The position numbers and the translations under genes were made by a program. Under the pieces are notes generated by a model that did not search any database, had not been told where the DNA came from, and saw only the letters and a program-made list of their open reading frames with translations. From NCBI GenBank assembly GCA_036172245.1, contig JAYWIR010000019.1, positions 1,488,001 to 1,552,000 on the forward strand: a stretch of 64,000 nucleotides of DNA, read 5' to 3'. This stretch comes from Raillietiella orientalis (Eukaryota). This document shows positions 50,482 through 62,400 of this stretch, in pieces. Every line of letters starts with the position of its first letter. The first letter of the stretch is position 1.

Positions 50482-51479
50482 GCCTATAATAAGCTCGTCA
50501 TGCTATCGTCTGTTGGCCGATTCGTAGAGCGATGTTATTTTAATTGTGTTTATTTCTTTTTAATGTCTTCGTCGCGCTCCACAGTGGTGCAACGGTATGC
50601 CATGACGGCTGTTGGCAGCTGAGGGGGCCGAACCGGGAAATACCCCCCTCCCCCTTTCGTAGATGTCCTTCGCTTCAAGTCTCCTTGCGCTCCGCAAGCG
50701 TCTCGACAGGCCTTCTTGGAGAACGTGGGGGAGCACTCCAAGATCCAGTTCCTATTCAGAAAGGGAACCCATCGGGTTGCATCCCAAAGCCAAAATTGCG
50801 CGCGAAGCGACCCACTCTGGGGAAACCACCACACACTCTACAGCGCAGTTTGGGGCTACGAGCGCTACAACGCCATGGTAGTTGTGAAAATTAACACTTA
50901 CAGGCGTTTACAGCCGTCCACCGCCCTCCCCGGTGGTCGTGTCGGTTTCGCAGTGCGTCCTTGTGGATCTCGTCAGGTTAGCAAAGCTGAACAAGCGTGG
51001 TTTGGGCCTGTTGTAAAGTGCAATCTTTCTTGGGATTATCTATGGGAAACTCCTCCTGGATCGGACTCACACATCCTCGGATGGAGGCATTCCGAAAGTG
51101 GCATTTTACCACATCGGTCGGAACGAACGCTCCATCCGTTGCTACCGAAACCCACCCAAAATTCACTCCCTTGGGATGGAGTTTAGCAAAACACCCTCAC
51201 CTCGTAGTTGGAGGCATTTCTTCTGGCAATAATAATTTTCCACTGTTATATCCCTCACTCCATGCGTTTTATGTATTTCTTTAGCTTGCGGTATTTGTCA
51301 GGTCGGAGCTATTAAATAAAGTGCAATACATAAGGAAACTAATTTACTGCCTAGATGGCTGAATTCTGGCACATGAAAAGTGTATTTAAGCACGAATGCG
51401 ACACTTATGATGATTCGCGAGAATTTTGTAAAGGACGCAAATATCTCTAACCGCTATCAATCGAGTGTGTGGAACCCTT

Positions 51480-52200
51480 TTTTGTTCCACACTCCCGGTT
51501 GTGGCAGCCGATTGTGGTCAGACCAAGGCATGACCCGAGGGTGCTGACCAAGCAACGAACGATAGCGAATCACCCAGTCACGGAGAACGCAGCAAGGGAC
51601 TCCATCCAAAACATCTGCAGCAATCTGATTTTGACAATAAAAATAACCACTGCATCCAGAAATGCAAGCAAAGAGCTCTAGAACTCTATTTCGGGAACTT
51701 GGGGTGCAGATGGAGAGCCGACTCACCCTCCCCTCTTTTGCGTGGTGCCATTTTATGCTCCTGCATGAACGTCGATTTTATTTATTTTTTTTTTAACTCG
51801 AAACCTTGGCCAGTGATGCAGAAATTGCCACGAGGAGGTCAATAAAATCTCTTTAATGCACAAAAGATTTCGGGGTCAAGGAGAAGCAAGGAATGTTTTC
51901 CCGTCCGGATCATTTCCTGTTCACATGCTCCCGTTCTTGATTGGCGATTCGGGAAACCAGATGTTCCCAAACGTGGCTGTTGTCTTCGCCAGATGAGCGA
52001 GCGACAAAGTTGGCGAATTCGGGAAGAAGAAAAAAAAACACACACACACACCTTTTTGCTTGTAAGAGAAATGTCTCCTCGGGAAGATTTCTAAACGTCG
52101 GCAAGCCCTCTTCCTGAATAGGGCAGCAGTGCAAATTTTCGCGTGGATCTTTGATATTTCCATTTTGTTCACTCTTCTGCGTGCCTTGCGTCCACAACCT
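51480..52200 (-). mobile_element. Decayed APE endonuclease domain
   Basis: IQEE, KQKGVCVCF and MPWSDHNRL remnants in order. Confidence 0.4.
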
Positions 52201-53889
52201 CCTTATCATGCGTGCGGCGTTTGGGATTTCCGAGAAATCACACAAGAAGATGGCTGCATCCTCAGCCCCACAGACGGATCCACGTGGATTTACAGCGCCC
52301 GCTCCTATCGGCAGTGGATGCTGCTGCCGATGCATCGCTTCGTGCATCCATCATCCCTGAGTGGAGCGAGGGGGAGGAAGAGGGGATCCAACGGCTTAAA
52401 GTTACTTTTCCGAAAAGAAGATCGTTGAAAAGGAAGGCGACTGACAGACAAACATGGGAGCGCGGAACTATTTCCAGCCTCATCTGCAGCGGATCCACAA
52501 GAGGTGGGGAGCTTTCGCATCTGTTAAAAAGGAAAGATTTAAGAAAGATTCCAGCTTCCTTTCCCTCTCCCGTGATGCCGATATCAAAAGCAAAGCATCC
52601 GTACAGGGAAACGGGAGAGTCCCAAACTGAACCTCCAAAAGGAGTCCTCTATGCGCGGAACGGAAGCAAGAAAAAATACGGTGGTATCAGAGATTCGTCC
52701 TTTCCGAAGATGCAAGGGAGGATTTTGCCCCAAGACAAATTAGCACGCTAAATGATAAAGTCAGCGTGAAAGATGTGAATAAAGAGATGCAAGCTAAAGA
52801 TGTTCGTGAAGATGACCCTAGACGAAGACCAGCACGATTCCAGTGTTACCTTAACTGTGTGAGATTATGAATGAGGCTACAAATGAACACACGATAAACC
52901 GCGCGCTCGATCTCTTTTTACATGTTCTGAACTTTCTTGTATGCTTCTTGTAAAGTTGATGCTGCTTTTATTGCTATGGCGTAAGGAGCACATCATTATC
53001 AGGTATAACCTAACAGTCTTAAGCTTCCTAGCATAGCTGTTGGTTGGTTCTTCCGTTTATTAGCCATTACGATATTGGAACTCACTGAGAAGATCATGTT
53101 CTTTATTGAACTCACCTTTTGTCGCTTCTCCTTTTTCATGGTCATTTCCATATAGCGATTCCTATTTGCCATTCTTTTTTGGATTCTTATGATTCTTTTC
53201 TTTCCTTTTCACTCTGCCATGGTTCAGTCTTTTTGTTTTTTTTTCCTTCGCATCTTAGCAAGTGGGAACGAACAGCAGCCAGCTCGAACCCATCTCAGCT
53301 CCCATTGCTTGCTGGGACTGCATTTTCGACACTGTGCCTTGATAAATCTGAACTCTCGGCTTTGTTAATGACTTTCACTAGCAGCTCTTCCTCTTCTGCC
53401 TCAGACCACGGCCTGCTTTTAATGGAGTAATAAAATCGAGAGTTGAACGGTTACTCAGAGGAAAGCTGAAGGAAATTTGGGTGGGAGGAAACAAGAAAGA
53501 AAATTGGACTCTCGCGGGCGAACGTTCTTTTGTCCTTCAGCCTGCTGTGCAGGAGCTTCCTCACCTCCAGCTTCTAGTCGCTTAGGGGTGTTTCCAGAAC
53601 TTTGGATTCAACTGAAAATGAAGAGTTTGTTAAAACGGTTCAAGGAGGCATTTTTTATGCCACCAAGTTCACCACACAGGGTCTCCTTCATTCCTTGCTT
53701 AAGTTCCTTCCTAGAAATTGTCAAAAAACTTACAACTCAACAAGAATGACTCTCGTTGGAAAAAATTATGAAACAGTAATTTTCTTAGTTACAAATGAAA
53801 TTCGGATTTGGGAGGAGGAGTACTTTATGAAAAGAAAAGACATCGGAGTTTTGTCTTTTGACAGAGCTTTTCACACATACATCAGATCT

Positions 53890-55341
53890 CTGAATATGCC
53901 TTTGTAAAACAGATCTTCGAACAGGAGCATCACATCAGCATCACAAGCAGTGCAGTAGGTCTTCTGTTCGAATTTTCACCAGCGACAAACTCACTGGTGA
54001 AATTCACAGCTATCTGTTCATAAAAGTCGAAGAAGATGAAAGGGCTGAAGCATAAACAGAAAGCATGAAACAGTTCTAAAATACTCCCGAGAAAAGAATA
54101 CTTCTTTTTCTGGTCTGCTCTAGCAGAAGACGGAAAGGTCCCAGAGCGAATGGCAGTGAAAAGGGCTCTGCGTTGATCACGTCAAGCTGAAGCGTACGAT
54201 TTCATTTCGATGCTGTTTACCTTGTGTACAAATAAATTCCGAAAATCATTTCCTTTCTGACGATAAAATTACACTCCGTCTCCCCTGGAGATACTCAGAT
54301 TGTTTCCCAGCTGCTTGTAATGACGCACATTTCAATTAAGGACACCTACCATTTGCCGTGGGTGTGTGCCACCACATTCCTTACCGCCTTCCACCAGTGC
54401 ATTCTGGAGTCCTCTTTTGTCTATCATCGTACCGACTCAAAAAGTCGTCCAATTGCAAAGTTTTCAGATGCGACTGAAAGGGAAAACGAAAAAGAGATGG
54501 GGGGGGGGGGGGATGGAACTCTCGGTTTATGTCTGCGTCAAACAATTTACAATCGGAGTTCACTTGATCTTACTTACGAACGGCACATTTGATGATGTTT
54601 GGACTGGATCTCTACGAAACCTGATCTTCCCACTTGGGATAGAATTGGAGTGTAGGTACAGATAGGTCAGGACCCTATTCGAAACGTCTAAATACGAACG
54701 AATGAAACCATGGAAACGGAAATCTTTGCGAATAAAAGGAAAGTGACGACTGTCTGGGGATTTCCAATACACGAGTTTCCCGTCAGTTTGTTGGAACGAA
54801 GCGTGAAATGAAGGGTGGCATCGGATTCACATGACAAATGGTTCGGCATAAAGGGTGTTGCTGGAGGTGCACTAGTTCATGCTAGCGTCATCTATGCCAT
54901 CAGAACTAATCTTGTTGCCATGATGCAACCATGAATCAAGGGAGGAAAATGGTCCGTTCGTCGGAGCCACTTGGAAAGTTGTTTCATCAACAACAAAATC
55001 ATCGGTTTCCGAATAATCAGCATCCGAATCGGACCCTTCTCTAAAATCAGTATCGTCTTTCTCTTCTTTGAGTTTGTCATCTTCTTCTCCTGAGCCAGCA
55101 TCATGATAGCCTCAGCATCATGATGGCGAGGCTGTTGTAACTGTATATTGACCGAAGTTATTGGGAAAGTCAACTGTACCTTTTTGAGATGCATGAAGTT
55201 CGAGTTTTTGCTTTGTTTTTAACCCTTTCATCGAGGGGATGCACCGAGATTCCGTTCGAAAATCTCGAGTTGCAGCGGCATGGCAACTTCGTCAGCGGAT
55301 CCGGGAGTAGCAGCGACCACTCTTGCACTCTGAAGGGTTAG
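53890..55341 (-). mobile_element. Probable internally deleted, decayed piggyBac-like transposon
   Basis: Minus strand begins ctaaCCCTTCAGAGTGC at 55341; acidic N-terminal tract (EEDDKLKEEKDDTDFREGSDSDADYSETDD); LDDFLSRY...HWWK; KTYCTACD..V-CSCSKICF (Cys-rich-like). Multiple stops and frameshifts. Confidence 0.4.
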
Positions 55342-56324
55342 GAAACTGCTGCTCGGATTAGAATTAAGAAACCGTATCCGAAAAATCGTCGCTGCCTTTT
55401 CCAAGGTCCCGTACAGAAAGGAGGAAAAAGAGTATGGTACGGAAAGGCGGTGGCCAACGATACGGATCGTCGTCTGCATCCATCGTTTGGGGAAGTCGGT
55501 CGCGGAACCTGAAGAGTGGCTTAATTTCTCCCCAGGGCCTCAGCCTGACAGTGGTTCAAACGCGCGGTTATTTTATTTTTATTTTTATTTTTTTCCTCTT
55601 CCACACTGCCCCAGCCGTCATCAAGTTGTCCAGTTGTCAGTTTCCTCGGAGGTTCTCGGAGGAAAAATTTGCTGCAGATGACCACCCATCAGCTGATTTA
55701 CGGAAAGCGATGGGTGATTATCGGAAGCACAATTTGAACGGAGGCCTTCCGAGTCCCGTGGTACTTGTGTACATGTGTACTGTGTACTTTGCTCCGGTGA
55801 CCGAAACGGATCACTTCGTGGTATAATTCTGGAGTTGTCGATTATGGAGCATTAAAGTCAGCTTTCGCAATCACGTGCAATATTTTCATGGTTTGTGCAG
55901 TCGAATGTGCAAATACTGAGTGAGTGCCCGTTCCCAAGTTGGAACATGCATCAAAATATTTGTTAATAGGTAAAATTCGATTGCGATGGTTGTGACTTCA
56001 TGGGATTTTGCCTAATGTGCTTGGATTTTTTTTTTTTTTTTTTTTTTTTGTATTTGTGTGTATGTGTGTGTGTGTCTCACTGTTTGCCATTAACTCAACT
56101 ATTTAACTGCAATTTTTTTTTTTTCATTCAGGGAAAGTACAATGCTGCCCAAAAGATAATTCCATCCGCATGTGAATTGATTTAAAGTTTTATTGCGATG
56201 TAAAAGTTATTGCACGCATTCCGTCATCTATTCACATCAATATACTTAAGATGTGTTTAAAAAATATATCTTTGCAGTCATGACCTTTCAAGATTTCAAA
56301 TAATGAATATGCTTGCAACGAAAA

Positions 56325-56466
56325 ATGGGAGCTCAGCAAGGGAAAGGGAGAAATAATATTATCACCAACAAGATAACAGGATCATGTAATTCTGGAAAGA
56401 ACAATAAGAGCAAAGGAAAACTCAAAGAAAGTAAAAATTCTCCAAATGTCTATATAGAACATAATG
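56325..56466 (+). CDS. Abl: Abl coding exon 1 (myristoylation-type N-terminus MGAQQGK...NVYIEHN)
   Basis: ATG at 56325, Gly2, ends NVYIEHN (cf. NIFTEHN in Abl proteins); donor GTATGC at 56467, phase 1. Confidence 0.88.
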
Positions 56467-59400
56467 GTATGCTTATGGTTAAAACGGATTTGTTTTTTGA
56501 TTAAAACTCAAAGCTCCTTCTGCAAAGAAGCCAGTTGTGAAGATTGAACTGAAAGATGCATATGAAGAATGAGTGTAGACTGTTTCATGACTTTTCATTC
56601 TGAATTTACAAGACATACCTTTCTTGTGCTATTTAATTTCTCTTAGAAACTTTTCATTATGTGCATGCTGCAAACATACACAATGGTTGCAGTCAAAACA
56701 AGGCATGTGAACTGTGTTGACATTAGAACTTGCAAAGTAAAGCTTCTATTGTATGCTTTTTCATACAGTTTCCCTGTAATTAGAGTACGATTTTTGTTCT
56801 TGGAATGCTTGAATGTGCTTACAGTGGTAATTCATGTGTTGTTGAGGGTAGTTTGTATTTTTCTTTATTGTGAAGCAGTTTTACTTTTTCTGGTTCAATG
56901 TGTGTGCATACCTTCCTTTTTTTCAAATAGTTTATTTTTGGTTTCCATAATTATGAGATGAATAGTGCCAGTGAAGTATCCAGTAACTAGGGTGTGGTAG
57001 CATATTTTCCAGTGACACTTAGTTCTAGTAATAATTCCAGATTTTGAAACCGTCACTATGGTTTTTAGTTGCTTTCTGTTGTTTCAGTTACGTAATTTTA
57101 AATTTTAAATCGAATTTCATGTAACACTGTTGACATTATCTTGCATGATTATTAAGAAGACAGATTTCAAATAGTGATGGTTAACCTTGTTTCCAATCCC
57201 AAATTCATTCAAGTGAAATTTCCACCACTTGGCATGCCCAGTATCAGCTGCATATAAAACATTTTTCTTCATGCAACAATTACAATAATAATTCATGTAG
57301 TAATCAATTCTTTGAATCCCATTGAATTTTTCTGATGTAACATTGACCTTATTTTTGCAGTGAATTTTCTACAGAAAGCCAATACAAATGGTGTAAACAT
57401 TCTATATCGAAAGTATCAAAAATGAATGCTATCCATACTTTATTTTATTCCATCATACCAACTGTTGTAGCTGGTACATTTTTATGTCTTGTAAGAATGT
57501 ATCTTACAAACCTTACAAGATGTAAACTTTCTATAAAATCTCAGAACTGATGTTTGTTTTGAAACCATTTTGAAATTAGATGCAATTTATTTTTTATTGT
57601 TCAGTGTACAGTTATGCTGCATCCTGAGCAATGTGATTTCTTGTGAAACATATAAAGATGCATTTACTGTGTTGATGTGTTTAGATGTTGGTTGTTGGTT
57701 TTCCTTTCTATGACATAAATCAGAAAGTTTTGAATAGTAGTCCTTTCTCTTCTCCCACCAGCATCTTTGGTATGATTAAAGAATCTGTTACTAATTAAAG
57801 AATCTTTGGTATGATTAAGCTCAAATGAAAATGTCAAAAACTTTTATCTGTGAAGAACAATGACTCAAGTATGTTAGAGAGTCTTATAGTAGCTCTGTAT
57901 CCAGGTTTTAAGAATTTTCACTTATTTTATCTCAGACCAGTAGTCTTATGAAATTGATATTGAATCCATCTTTCTTCTTAGACATGCATTTTGTGATTCA
58001 TTTTCATAAATTATCAGTATTTGACAATGTTTGAAATTGAGATGGAACAAAACTTCAAAATAATCAGTTTCAAAATATTTGAAGAATTAAGCTATTCATT
58101 TCATATTTCTACTAATTCAGAACTTGCTCTTTAAAAATGAGTTCACATTTTTAAGATTATCTTGTGTGTTTAATTATATTGACAGTGTGTCTAGTATGTC
58201 TTCCTGTAGTAATGGATGGATTTTTTCACACGATAAAATCAGTTCCTATTTTTCACTGAAGTTTTTTCAGTGACATAGGAACTTGTTACGAATATTGAAT
58301 CTCTTCTTGCTGTCTCATGTTTCACAAGTTCCATTTCTATTATTTTTGTTGTTGAAATACAAAATGTTAGCAATTTGTGATTTCCTGTACTTTTATTACT
58401 ACAGTCATTCAGAATATGCAATTTTTCTGTTATATAAACGTGAGAGTTTACTAATCACAGCTGCTAACCACATAGTGTGTTTGTGTTCTTTGTAAGAGAA
58501 AGAGCACAAGCTGAGACTGCTTGAAGTTCATATTAATGATCATGTCTATTGATAAATTGCTTGCAAATGGTCATAACTGCAGTTCTGTGTTTCACAATGT
58601 ATTGTACACATCTGTGCGAAGTCTCTAACTTACAAAGTTTGCAGGGATTTATTCCATAAAATCAAGCAGACATCTTATCTTCACAATCCTATAAGGATCC
58701 GAGCTGTCTATTTTTTTTATAGCATGTAATTGTTGGTTTTATTTTTGGCTACTTTGAAGGGAGGTTGCAGTAGAAGTTTTATGATTAGGCTTTTGATTCA
58801 GTTCGTTCTTTATCTTGCCCTAATTCTTCTGATTAAGGGCTAAGAACTACTTATTAAAACAGCTTGAATGTGTATATGGTAGCACTGATTATTTTGCAAG
58901 TCAACTTTTAGTACTCCATTATTGGTGAGAATTTGACTGCATGGTGTGTTATGAGACAATTTTGTCATACTTTCTTCAATTCTAAAGTAATAAATCTTTT
59001 AAACGTAAGAGTAGTCCAGAATAAGTGAAAAGCATCCTTAATTGTTTGAAAATGTTGTTTGGTGCACAAATTTTTCCAAGTTATTTTCTTTAACTAAACA
59101 TGCTAAGTGTATTCCATGTACTGTAATGCTGTTTGATAAAAACTTGAAGTTAGCATATTGGTATGTAATTGGTGAAATGCGAAAACATTTCAGAGGTGTT
59201 ATTACAATCCAGAACTCTTCCCGTGTTTCCCATTTTATCTTTGGAGAAAGATATTTCGGTAGATGTTTGTAGTAAATGGTCATCTAGAGAAAATCTTCTA
59301 AGATGTGAAGATGAAAGTGATCCTCAGCTTTATGTAGCTCTTTATGATTTTCTTGCTACAAGTGAAAATCAGCTAAATCTCAAGAAAGGTAAGTGCAATG

Positions 59401-62400
59401 TTTTGAAAAAATAAAAACGAAAAATTCTCTGCTCAAATATTTTACAGGGCAACAAGTGAAGGTATTGAGCTATAATCAAACAGGTGAATGGTGTGAAGTT
59501 CAGTCCCTTCTAGAAGAAGTTGGTTGGGTTCCTTATACATATATTACTCCAGTCAATTCCTTAGAAAAACATTCCTGGTACCATGGTGCTATTTCGAGAA
59601 ACACAGCCGAATTCCTCCTCAATTCTGGTATAAATGGAAGTTTCCTTGTTCGTGATAGTGAAAGCAGCCCTGGACAAAGAAGCATCTCCCTCCGTTACGA
59701 GGGAAAAGTTTTTCATTATCGAATCAATGAAGATGAAGATCGAAAAGTGTTCGTGATCACAAATAGCAAATTCCGCACCCTAGCAGAATTGGTGCATCAC
59801 CACTCACTTCATGCAGATGGCCTTATCACAATGCTCCTTTATCCTGCTCCTAAACGCACCAAGCCTACTGTTTTTGCATTGAGCCCTGAATCTGATCGAT
59901 GGGAGATTGAGCGTACAGATATTATTATGAATCATCGACTAGGTGGGGGACAGTATGGTGATGTATATGAAGCAGTCTGGAAAAAATATAACATGACTGT
60001 TGCTGTAAAAACATTGAAAGTAAGTTCCTAGTTGTCTTTTCATCTCAGTAATTGGACCTTACAGGAAGAGACCATGGATTTGCGAGATTTTCTAGATGAA
60101 GCAGCTGTGTTGAAAGAAATGAGGCATCATAATTTGGTGCGACTTTTAGGTAACACGGCTATTTGTGAGTTTCTGACATCTCATTGGGAAAATTTGTTTT
60201 AGGAGTATGCACACGGGAGCCTCCTTTTTATATCATTACAGAATTTATGTCTAGAGGAAATTTACTAGATTATTTGCGCAATGGAAATAAGGAAGAATTG
60301 ACAGCCATTGTGTTGCTTTATATGGCCACTCAAGTAGCAGATGCTATGAAATATTTGGAAAGCCGAAACTACATTCACAGAGATTTAGCTGCACGCAATT
60401 GTTTGGTGGGCGAAAACTACTTAATCAAAGTAGCTGATTTCGGATTGGCGCGATTAATCCGTGATGACACGTATACAGCCCATGCTGGAGCCAAATTCCC
60501 TATTAAGTGGACAGCTCCAGAAGGTCTGGCTTTCAATAAGTTTTCCACCAAATCAGACGTGTGGGCCTTTGGGATTCTCCTCTGGGAAATTGCTACTTAT
60601 GGAATGCCTCCCTATCCTGGTGTTGAGCTCAATGAAGTGTATCACAAATTAGAAAAAGGAATGCGTATGGAGCGGCCCGCTGGATGTCCTCTCAAGATTT
60701 ATGAATTAATGCGTAGTTGCTGGCAGTGGAACCCTTCTGACCGCCCTAGCTTTGCATATGTACATGATCAATTAAATCGTATGTTTGATGACTCCAGCAT
60801 AACTGAAGAAGTGGAAAAACAGTTAGCCATCACTGTGAGTGGGACCAGTGCTTCTTTTGATGGGGAACCTGGAATGTTGAATCCTAAAAATAATCTGATG
60901 CCCATGCAACGGACTCATGTCAAGCATAAAAAAACACCTGCCCCTGTTCCTCCACAGCGTACCAGTTCGTTTCGAGATAGCTGCCTAGGTGACAATTATA
61001 ATGGTGAAGAATTGAATGATGACATTAGTGGTGATTCAGAGAGTTCTGAATCGACTTTTGCGATCAAAGTGAAAAACAATCAGATTATACAACCGGATAC
61101 TTTTGATCAGAATTCCAAATCAATTGTTTCTAACCTTACTAACAACAAGGATTGCAAAAGAATGCATGGTAAGATGGCTATTGGAACTCTGGAAGTGCAT
61201 AATGTAAAGAGAGCTATCAATAGGTAAATTAATTCATACATATAGGTAAAATTGTAATTGCCATTCACAGATATGGAACTTTGCCCAAAGGAGAACGCAT
61301 TTGCGCATATTTGGAGTCTCTTAAAGAGTGTGGATTGCATTCTGGTTTAGTGCAAAACCATCTTGGGGAAGTTCCTGCATCAGATACAAATATTAAATCC
61401 AACAAAAAGTCATTAGCCTTTAATGTGCAAAAGTATGTTTTCAATAACCATAGAGGAACACATTCTGTCACAGATGAAAGAGTCAACTATCCAAGATCTT
61501 CTTTGCGCAGCACTGCATCCACATCAGGAATCCCTGCAAAACTGAATCCTCATCTTGAGTCAGTCTCCTACAAAACTAGAAAACAAAACTTCGAAACTTT
61601 TTTCGATAAAAGTTCGACTTTACAACTAGAACTGAATGCTTCTGATGTTAAGAAGCAGACAGAATGCTCATCTTTATCCAGTTGCAAATCTCCATGTGAA
61701 AGAAAATCTTTGAATCCTAACAGTGGACTGCCCTCTACAAATTCATCAAACAGTGTGATATCTTCCACCAAAGATCCTTGCAGCATGAAATCAGTTAATA
61801 ATAATAATAGAATTTCCTCTTTTTTGAAACCTCCCATCAGTGCTTTAGCTCGATCCTCATCCAGTCCCAGTCCTAGTCCCACACTAAGCAGCAAATCTTT
61901 AGCTGCATCCAAAGTGAAAGAACCAGAATGTAGCTTTGATACATTTCACAGTATTGCCACTCCAATGTCGAAAGAAACTTCACACATCTTGAAAGGCAGT
62001 ACCTTGGAAGATGTGGCAGAACAACAATCTCAGAATAGCACAGTTCATCCTAAGTGTTCTTCTGGCATTAATTCCCCTGTTGCTCAATTAGTCACCGAGT
62101 TGGCTGAAAACCTTAGATTGAAAGGAGTCAAGAAAACTCATCCAGACTCTCAAGATATGCAGTTGAAAACTCCCCATAAGAAAGTGCATGTTCCTGAAAA
62201 GCTTAGCAAGGACTTGGAGACACAGGCTATTTGTTTCAAGAATCACTTGCGAAAAACAGAAACGAGGAGCAAAACTGGAAAGTTTCCAGAGATGATTGTT
62301 TCAGATAATAAACAAGAAAAGAGACACTCAGGGAGTATTGTCAGCCTACGGAAGATCTGGGAAGATAATGTGAATGCAAGTGTTTGTAAGGAAAACAAGG

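Noticed and set aside
53280..53450. Minus-strand KSRPWSEAEEEELL resembling the start of a Myb/SANT domain
   Set aside because: Flanked by stops, no further Myb helices, and I could not build a consistent exon chain.
56659..56961. 100-aa hydrophobic ORF in Abl intron 1
   Set aside because: Explained by T-rich composition; no recognisable domain.
60184..60202. ORF-track starts at 59169, 59393, 60184 and 61281 as separate genes
   Set aside because: These are intronic or internal codons in frame with Abl exons; splice sites join them into one CDS.
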